Shown here: piece after piece, positions 57,590 through 64,000 of the stretch
How positions within the stretch are numbered: the stretch's first letter is position 1
Layout: every line of letters starts with the position of its first letter
Origin: Armatimonadota bacterium
GTDB taxonomy: Bacteria; Armatimonadota; SYMT01
DNA: 64,000 nucleotides
Assembly: GCA_046292385.1 (NCBI GenBank)
Contig: JBKBRF010000031.1
Location: forward strand, 22,970 to 86,969
Direction: 5' to 3'
The notes under the pieces: model-generated
Databases searched by the model: none
The model's input: only the letters and a program-made list of their open reading frames with translations
What the model was told of the DNA's origin: nothing
Program-made: the position numbers and the translations under genes

Positions 57590-58765
57590 ATGTCCAATCC
57601 ATCCGGGCCGTCACTGCGTGACCAGGGGATCCAGGCGCTGCGCGCGGGAGACCTGGGGACCGCGATCGATCTGCTGGCGCGTGCCGTGATGTTGAACGAC
57701 GCGGACGCGGAAGCGAAGGCGTTCCTGGGCGTGGCGTACAGCCAGAAGGGGCTCCACGCCCAAGCGAAGCGGGCGCTGCAGACCGCGATCGAGCTGCAGC
57801 CGCAGAACGCCAACTTCCACTACAACCTGGGCGTGGCGTTGGAGCGCGCGGGCGACATGCAGGGCGCGGTGATCGGCTACCGCGATGCCCTGGTGAACAA
57901 CAAAGACCACGCCCAGGCGAAGGCGAAGCTGCAGGCGATGGGCGCCGCGGGGCAGCAGCTCCTGGCGAACGCTCCCAAACCGGTGCCTCCGGTGGGAGTG
58001 CCGAGCTACTCCCCTCCTCCAGCCGCGGCCCCCCACGGCGGCCCGCCGGGAGGCTTCGCCCCGCCTGCGCCGGCCCCGTCCTATCAGCCCGCGGCGGCGC
58101 CGGCCGACGCTCCGCCCGGCACGGTGCAGTGTCCCGGCTGCGGGCAGTTCTCCCATCCGGGGTTGGCGTGCGAGTTCTGCTCCTCGCCGCTGCCGGTACC
58201 GGTCTCCACCGCCCCGCCGCCGTCGCAGTACACCCCGTACGGCGCCGCCCCGGTTCCGATTGACCCGGCCGCCCTCGCTCACTCGATGAATGCCCAGAGC
58301 ACCGACAGCGGCATGGGGGGCTTCCAGGCGTTTGCGTTCCGCTGGATGGCGGTGATTCTCGACCACCTGATCCTGATGCCGTTCTGGATCGGCTTCGCGC
58401 TCCTGATGGGCGTCGACTTCGAGACGTTGATGGAGCCCTCGGACTTCCTGACGATCAGCCCGCGACAGGCCGGAGAAGCGCAAGCGGAGATGACCGCTTC
58501 GATCTTCCGGCTCTCGCTGCTCGTCGGCTATGAAACGGTGCTGACCGCCGTGTGGGGCCGCACCCTCGGCAAGATGGCGCTCGGGCTGCGGGTGGTCGAC
58601 GAGATGGGCGACCAGGTCGGCTGGCTCCGTGCCTTCATGCGCTCGACGGTCGGACGGCTGATCGGCGGCTGTCTCTGCGGGCTCGGCTATCTCTCCGTCA
58701 TCTGGAACGACGAGCAGCGCGGCTGGCACGACACGATCTGCGGCACCCACGTGGTGAGGCGATGA
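57590..58765 (+). CDS. TPR / Pro-rich / zinc-ribbon / RDD membrane protein, paralog 2
   Basis: Near-identical TPR region, CPGC..CEFC, GRTLGKMALGLRVV, WHDTICGTHV; AGGAGG RBS. Confidence 0.85.
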   Translation: MSNPSGPSLRDQGIQALRAGDLGTAIDLLARAVMLNDADAEAKAFLGVAYSQKGLHAQAKRALQTAIELQPQNANFHYNLGVALERAGDMQGAVIGYRDALVNNKDHAQAKAKLQAMGAAGQQLLANAPKPVPPVGVPSYSPPPAAAPHGGPPGGFAPPAPAPSYQPAAAPADAPPGTVQCPGCGQFSHPGLACEFCSSPLPVPVSTAPPPSQYTPYGAAPVPIDPAALAHSMNAQSTDSGMGGFQAFAFRWMAVILDHLILMPFWIGFALLMGVDFETLMEPSDFLTISPRQAGEAQAEMTASIFRLSLLVGYETVLTAVWGRTLGKMALGLRVVDEMGDQVGWLRAFMRSTVGRLIGGCLCGLGYLSVIWNDEQRGWHDTICGTHVVRR

Positions 58766-59970
58766 GCGGCCTGAACCGGCGGGAGCTGCTCCGGCTCGGG
58801 CTCGGCGGCGCCCCGCTGGGTGTCTCGCGCGCGGCAACGGCCGGCGAGCAGCGCCCGCGGATTGCGGCGGTCGTGACCGAGTACCGCGAGAATTCCCACG
58901 CCGACGTGATCGTCACCAAGTTCCTGGAAGGGTGCGCGGTCCTCAACACCCGCTTCGACCCGCGGGTCCGGATCGCGTCGCTCTACCTCGACCAGGTGCC
59001 TCCGAACGACCTGGGGCGGGAGATCGCCGCGCGGCACGGCGTGCCGGTCTACGACTCGATCCGCAAGGCGATGACGCTGGGGGGCGACCGGCTGGCGGTC
59101 GACGGCGTGCTCCTGATCGGCGAGCATGGCCGCTACCCGTACAACGAGCTGGGACAGCACCTCTATCCCCGCAAGCGCTTCTTCGACGAGGCGGTGGCGG
59201 TGATCCGGGAGGCGGGCCGGCCGGTGCCGGTCTTCAACGACAAGCACCTCTCCTACTCCTGGGTCGAGGCGAAGTCGATGTACGACACCGCCCGCGCCCT
59301 GAAGATCCCGTTCATGGCCGGCTCCTCCCTGCCGGTCACCTGGCGCAAGCCGGAGGTCGAGCTGCCGGCCGGCACTCGCGTGCCGGAGGCGCTGGTGGTG
59401 GCGTACGGTCCGGTAGAGGCGTACGGCTTCCACGCGCTGGAGACGCTGCAGTGTATGCTGGAGCGGCGGCGCGGAGGCGAGACCGGGGTGCGCCGCGTGC
59501 GCTGTCTCTCCGGAGAGGCGGTCTGGAAGGCGGGCGTTCCGCAGGAGCTGGTCGCCGCGGCGCTCTCCCGCTCCGAGAAGGCGGAGGTCCGCGCCGCCAC
59601 CTGGGACCGGGTGCAATCCCGCGTAATGGAGCCGGACCTCTTCGAGCTGGAGTACCGGGACGGCACGCGAGGCCGGGTGTTGATGCTGCCGGGACTGGTG
59701 GAGGAGTTCCTCTTCGCCGCCCGCGTGGAGGGCCGCGCGGAGCCGCTCTCTTCGCTCTTCTGGCTGCAGGACGGAAAGCCGTTCGGCCACTTCGCCCGCC
59801 TGAGCGACGCCATCCAGCGGATGTTTCTCACCGGCCAGCCGACCTACCCGGTGGAGCGGACGCTCCTGACCACCGGCGTGCTCGACCGCGTGATGCAGTC
59901 CCGCCACCGAAAAGGCGAGCCCCTGGAGACGCCGGAGCTGGGGCTCACCTACCGCCCTGCTGCTCGCTGA
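58762..59970 (+). CDS. Conserved hypothetical Gfo/Idh/MocA-like oxidoreductase with Tat-like signal
   Basis: NRRELL, SHADVI, DGVLLIGEHG, PVFNDKHL, MAGSSLP, YGFHALE; ATGA overlap with the upstream gene. Confidence 0.7.
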   Translation: MSGLNRRELLRLGLGGAPLGVSRAATAGEQRPRIAAVVTEYRENSHADVIVTKFLEGCAVLNTRFDPRVRIASLYLDQVPPNDLGREIAARHGVPVYDSIRKAMTLGGDRLAVDGVLLIGEHGRYPYNELGQHLYPRKRFFDEAVAVIREAGRPVPVFNDKHLSYSWVEAKSMYDTARALKIPFMAGSSLPVTWRKPEVELPAGTRVPEALVVAYGPVEAYGFHALETLQCMLERRRGGETGVRRVRCLSGEAVWKAGVPQELVAAALSRSEKAEVRAATWDRVQSRVMEPDLFELEYRDGTRGRVLMLPGLVEEFLFAARVEGRAEPLSSLFWLQDGKPFGHFARLSDAIQRMFLTGQPTYPVERTLLTTGVLDRVMQSRHRKGEPLETPELGLTYRPAAR

Positions 59971-60089
59971 GCCCGCGAACGGCCCCGTGCCGGCCGCGTT
60001 TCCTCATCCTCTCGCCGGGTAGACCTTCCCCTGGAACGGAGCACGGTGACGACTGTCACCCCACGAAGCTCCGGAAAGAGGAGGAGAGG

Positions 60090-60335
60090 ATGATACGGAC
60101 ACTCACGGCGGCCGCCGCTCTGGCCGCAACCCTGGTGCTCACCGGCTGTGCCGAAGAGCGCGCCTACATGGAGCCGCGCGAGCCGATCCTGGCGCCGGAG
60201 CGGGAGGCGCCGATCTACGGGGAGCGTGAAGGCGAGGGCTCTCTCGGGGAGCGCGAGGGCGTGATCGGCGAGCGTGAAGGCGAGCTCGGGGAGCGCGAGG
60301 GCGTCATCGGCGAGGGACTCGAGCACGGCGACTAA
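60090..60335 (+). CDS. Small lipoprotein with GEREG repeats
   Basis: GAGGAG RBS, signal peptide with LTGC lipobox, four GEREG units. Confidence 0.75.
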   Translation: MIRTLTAAAALAATLVLTGCAEERAYMEPREPILAPEREAPIYGEREGEGSLGEREGVIGEREGELGEREGVIGEGLEHGD

Positions 60336-60393
60336 CTAACGGACCAACCGTTTGTTCGCGGCGGGCATTCCTGGTTAACGGGAGGAACCAGGA

Positions 60394-61077
60394 ATGCCCA
60401 CCGCTTCACGTACCCACCGCCGCGTGGTCCGCCTGCTCGTGCTTGGGGTGCTGCTCCTACCGCCCGCGGTGGGACTCGCCGTCTGGGCCGGGGGGAAGGG
60501 CGCCGTGCTGGAGCGCCCCGTCCGCGGGGCGCTGGGGACGCTGCGCGGAGCGGACGAACGCACCAGCCCGTCCCTGCGGGAGCTGTGCCGGCAGCAAGGG
60601 CTGAGCTACCCGCCTCCGAAGCCGTCGCTGGTCCTGCACAAGGGGCGGCGGGAGCTGGTGCTGCTCTCCGGCGGGGAGCCGCTGACGCGCTACCGGGTGG
60701 GACTGGGCGGCGCTCCCGAGGGCGATAAGGAGCGCGAAGGAGACCGGCGCACGCCCGAAGGCCGCTTCTACGTCTGCACTCGCTTGCGGCAGAGCCGCTT
60801 CCACCGGTTCCTGGGGCTGAGCTACCCGGCGCCGGACGACGTCGAGCGCGGCCTCGCGGCGGGCCAGATCACGCGCGGCGAGCACCGGGCGATCCTGGCC
60901 GCGCACCAGGGGCGGCGCCAGCCCTCGTGGAGCACCGCGCTCGGCGGTGCGATCGGCATCCACGGGGGCGGCGGTCAGCGGGACTGGACCCTCGGCTGCA
61001 TCGCCGTCTCCGATCCGGAGATCGAGGAGCTTTTCGAATCACTCCCCCTCGGAACGGAGATCGAGATCCAGCCCTAA
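60394..61077 (+). CDS. L,D-transpeptidase family (YkuD) protein
   Basis: K.REGD.RTPEG.FY, LSYP, IGIHGG...WTLGCIA. Confidence 0.88.
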   Translation: MPTASRTHRRVVRLLVLGVLLLPPAVGLAVWAGGKGAVLERPVRGALGTLRGADERTSPSLRELCRQQGLSYPPPKPSLVLHKGRRELVLLSGGEPLTRYRVGLGGAPEGDKEREGDRRTPEGRFYVCTRLRQSRFHRFLGLSYPAPDDVERGLAAGQITRGEHRAILAAHQGRRQPSWSTALGGAIGIHGGGGQRDWTLGCIAVSDPEIEELFESLPLGTEIEIQP

Positions 61078-62507
61078 CGGCCGATGCCGCAGTAGTCGAA
61101 GCCGTGGGCTTCGAGCCGTGCCGAGTCGAGGGCGTTGCGGCCATCGATCACGATCGGGCGGCGCATCTCCTCGGAGAGGCGGGACCAGTTCAGATCCAGG
61201 AGCTCCGGCCACTCGGTAACCAGGACGATCGCGTCGGCCTGGTACGCCGCGGCGTAAGGGTCCGAGACAAGCTCCACATTCGGCAGCAGCCGCCGGGCGG
61301 GCTCCACCGCCTGCGGGTCGTAGGCCCGAACCTCGGCCCCCATCTCGAGGAGCCGGGCGGCGATGTCGAGCGCCGGCGCGTCGCGGAGGTCGTCGGTGCC
61401 GGGCTTGAACGCCAGCCCCCAGAGCGCGATCGTCTTCCCCTTGATCAGCTTCAGCTTCTCCTGGAGGCGCCGCACCACCGCCATACGCTGATGGGCGTTC
61501 ACTTCCCGCGCCGCCTGCAGGAGCCGGGCCTCGTAGCCGTACTCCTCTGCGGTGTGGATGAGCGAGGCGAGGTCCTTGGGGAAGCAGGAGCCGCCCCACC
61601 CGATGCCGGCGCTCAGGAAGGCCCGGCCGATGCGGTGATCGAGCCCGATGCCCTGCGCCACCTGGCGGACGTCTGCTCCCACCCGCTCACAGATGTTGGC
61701 AATCTCGTTGATGAAGCTGATCTTGGTAGCGAGGAAGGCGTTGGCGGCGTACTTGATCACCTCCGCGCTGGCGCGGTCGGTCACCACGAACGGCACCTCG
61801 TGGCCGGCGGCGCGGCATCGTTCCAGCAGCGGCGCGTAGAGCGTTCGCATCGCGTCGACCGCCCGCTCGCTCTCCGCGCCCACGACGATGCGGTCCGGGT
61901 GCAGCGCATCCTCGATCGCCGTCCCCTCACGGAGGAATTCCGGGTTGGAGACCACGTCGAAGTCAATGGTGCTCCCCGGCCGCGAGGCCAGCGCCACGGC
62001 GGTGCCTCCGCCGGTGGAGGCGCCCTCCGCGGCCTCCCCGGAATGGCCGCTGCCGGCACGATGGCTCGCCCCCTGTCGCACCAGCATTCCCACCCAGTCA
62101 CCGCTCCCCACGGGGACCGTGCTCTTGTTCACCACCACGGCATACTGGGAGCCCAGGTGAGCGCCGATGGAGCGGGCCGCGGCTTCCACCGCCGAAGTGT
62201 CGGCCTGGCCGGACGGAAGCGAGGGAGTGCCGACGCAAATGAACACCGCCTGCGCCGAGGGGACCGCGACCCGGTAGTCGTCCGTGAACTCGAGTCGGCC
62301 CGACCGGAATTCTTCTGCCACCAGCTCGTCCAGGCCCGGCTCGAAGATCGGGATCTTGCCGTTCCGCAGCTGGCGCACCTTCTCCGTGTTGACGTCGAGA
62401 CAGGTGACGTGGTGGCCGACGTGAGCGAGGCAGGCGCCGGTGACCAGTCCCACGTAGCCGGTCCCGATGACGGCTACGCGCATGCTGTTGTCGTGGTGCA
62501 GTGACAT
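61074..62507 (-). CDS. ugd: UDP-glucose 6-dehydrogenase
   Basis: GTGYVG, CVGTP, NKSTVPVG, NPEFLREG, GWGGSCFPKD, GLAFKPGTDDLR; alternative start 62483. Confidence 0.93.
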   Translation of the reverse strand: MSLHHDNSMRVAVIGTGYVGLVTGACLAHVGHHVTCLDVNTEKVRQLRNGKIPIFEPGLDELVAEEFRSGRLEFTDDYRVAVPSAQAVFICVGTPSLPSGQADTSAVEAAARSIGAHLGSQYAVVVNKSTVPVGSGDWVGMLVRQGASHRAGSGHSGEAAEGASTGGGTAVALASRPGSTIDFDVVSNPEFLREGTAIEDALHPDRIVVGAESERAVDAMRTLYAPLLERCRAAGHEVPFVVTDRASAEVIKYAANAFLATKISFINEIANICERVGADVRQVAQGIGLDHRIGRAFLSAGIGWGGSCFPKDLASLIHTAEEYGYEARLLQAAREVNAHQRMAVVRRLQEKLKLIKGKTIALWGLAFKPGTDDLRDAPALDIAARLLEMGAEVRAYDPQAVEPARRLLPNVELVSDPYAAAYQADAIVLVTEWPELLDLNWSRLSEEMRRPIVIDGRNALDSARLEAHGFDYCGIGR

Positions 62508-62565
62508 GCTACTTCGCTCCCCCTGATACGAACGCGACGCCTGACGACCGAGTATACCCCGCCAT

Positions 62566-63555
62566 CTACTCGCCTGACCGACGCCCCACCGAGCCGGTCT
62601 CCAGCTGCTGCCGAAACCACTCGACCGTCTGGCGCAGCCCCTCGGCGAAACCGGTCTCCGGTCGATACCCGAGCACCTGCGCCGCCCGCGAGACATCCGC
62701 CACGCTGTGGGTGATGTCGCCCGGCCTCGCCGGCCCGCGCTCCACCCGCGGCTCCCGCCCCGAGAGCTCTCCGAGGCGTCGGATCAGCAGGTTGAGATCG
62801 GTGCGCCGGCCCTCGCCGATGTTGAGGATCTCGCCGCCGGCGGACGGCGTCTCCAGCGCCAGGAGGTTCGCCCGCACCACGTCCCCCACGTAGACGAAAT
62901 CGCGCGACTGCGTGCCGTCTCCCTCCAGCGGAATCGGCTCTCCGCTCAGCGCCGCGGTCACGAAGGCGGGAATGACGCTCGCGTAGCGGGAAGCCAGACT
63001 CTGGCGCGGACCGAAGACGTTGAAGTAACGCAGCGCGACTGTCTGCATTCCGAAGAGCCTGTGGAAGACGCGGCAATACTGTTCGCCGGCCAGCTTGGTG
63101 ACGGCGTAGGGAGAGAGCGGGTCCGGCAGCTCGCCTTCCTGCAGCGGCAGGCGGGTACTGTTTCCGTAAGCGGCGGCGGAGGCTGCATAGACGAAATGCC
63201 TCACCCCCGCGTCCCGTGCAGCGGTGAGCACCCCAATCGTGCCGCCGACGTTGACCTGGTTGACCCCGACCGGATCGTCCACGGACCGCGCCACCGAAGC
63301 GATCGCCGCTTCGTGAAGCACTCCCACGCAGCCGGCCACGGCGCGCCGGACCGCCTCCGCATCGAGGATGCTGCCCCGGATCAGCTCAATTCGGTCGTCC
63401 ACGTGCGCCAGGTTTTCCGCCGACCCGGTGGAGAAATCGTCCAGCACCCGCACCGAGTAGCCGCGAGCCAGCAGCCCATCCACGAGGTGCGAGCCGATGA
63501 AGCCCGCCCCGCCGGTGACGAGGACCGTGCCAGCGCTGGAGGGAGACGAGGACAT
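62566..63555 (-). CDS. NAD-dependent nucleotide-sugar epimerase (extended SDR)
   Basis: TGGAGFIGS, YAVTK (YxxxK), RYFNVFGPRQ, SRDFVYV. Confidence 0.92.
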   Translation of the reverse strand: MSSSPSSAGTVLVTGGAGFIGSHLVDGLLARGYSVRVLDDFSTGSAENLAHVDDRIELIRGSILDAEAVRRAVAGCVGVLHEAAIASVARSVDDPVGVNQVNVGGTIGVLTAARDAGVRHFVYAASAAAYGNSTRLPLQEGELPDPLSPYAVTKLAGEQYCRVFHRLFGMQTVALRYFNVFGPRQSLASRYASVIPAFVTAALSGEPIPLEGDGTQSRDFVYVGDVVRANLLALETPSAGGEILNIGEGRRTDLNLLIRRLGELSGREPRVERGPARPGDITHSVADVSRAAQVLGYRPETGFAEGLRQTVEWFRQQLETGSVGRRSGE

Positions 63556-63674
63556 GAGAGGAAGGGGTGACCGAGCCGAAGTGAGCGGCTGCAGCCACGG
63601 TCATCAAGCAGCCGGGCCGCACCCCTCCATCCTATCGCATCCGGAAGCGCGGGCGATTGCCACCCACAAACGAG

Positions 63675-63708
63675 AAGAAGGCCCGTCCTCTGGAGAGAGG
63701 ACGGGCCC
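63675..63708 (-). terminator. Hairpin terminator after tRNA-Leu
   Basis: GGCCCGTCCTCT..AGAGGACGGGCC stem followed by TTCTT on the minus strand. Confidence 0.65.
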
Positions 63709-63711
63709 GAG

Positions 63712-63794
63712 TGCCGCAGAGAGGATTTGAACCTCCACACCCTTTCGGGCACTAGATCCTGAATCTAGCGCGTCTGCCGTTCCGCCACTGCGGC
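63712..63794 (-). tRNA. tRNA-Leu (anticodon CAG)
   Basis: GCCGCAG acceptor stem, CTAGA-TTCAGGA-TCTAG anticodon arm, long variable arm, GGTTCAAATCC T-arm; CCA not encoded. Confidence 0.95.
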
Positions 63795-63853
63795 CTGCGT
63801 GGTCATGTTATGTGCTACCGCGCGTCTCGTCAAGAGCCGTCTGGTAGTTGAGG

Positions 63854-63881
63854 TGGACCGGAGCCCTAGGGCTCCGGTCCA
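63854..63881. other. Perfect 28-bp palindrome downstream of 5S rRNA
   Basis: TGGACCGGAGCCCTAGGGCTCCGGTCCA. Confidence 0.7.
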
Positions 63882-63887
63882 AAGTAT

Positions 63888-64000
63888 TCTGGCGGCGACC
63901 TACGCTCCCACTCCTGATAAGGAGCAGTACTCTCGGCGCAGTGGGGCTTAACTGCCGTGTTCGGGATGGGAACGGGTGTGTCCCCCACGCTCTAGCCACC
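63888..64000 (-). rRNA. rrf: 5S rRNA (extreme 5' end beyond the window)
   Basis: Minus strand CACCCGTTCCCATCCCGAACACGGCAGTTAAGCCC...AGTACTG...GTAGGTCGCCGCCAG. Confidence 0.95.

Noticed and set aside
61975..62075. Gly/Ala-rich insertion in UDP-glucose dehydrogenase
   Set aside because: In frame, low complexity and probably a variable surface loop
63600..63800. Integrated island at tRNA-Leu
   Set aside because: No integrase and no duplicated tRNA 3' end noticed in the window

Overview
High-GC bacterial chromosomal segment; gene content tentatively suggests an Armatimonadota-like lineage (inference). Core loci include pgi, dnaB, the ffs-dnaX-ybaB-recR cluster, kbl, tRNA-Leu(CAG) and the 5S end of an rRNA locus. 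It also carries metabolic, transport, c-di-GMP signalling and envelope genes, and many intergenic REP-like repeats. The most notable structure lies directly downstream of dnaB: ten 14-bp iteron-like repeats (three leftward, seven rightward, several at 21-22 bp spacing), a dense cluster of GANTC sites, and a plasmid-type replication initiator (RepA-like) gene. No integrase, partition or transfer genes are nearby, so this looks like a plasmid-style replicon embedded among housekeeping genes. Other highlights are a putative ~70-nt small RNA carrying an anti-Shine-Dalgarno/anti-start-codon sequence, tandem CsoR/RcnR-type operators, a phyH-like gene bracketed by ~300-bp palindromic repeats, and a tandem TPR-zinc ribbon-RDD gene pair. 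No CRISPR array, prophage or transposase was seen. Start codons were chosen by eye, and all calls come from motif recognition without database searches.
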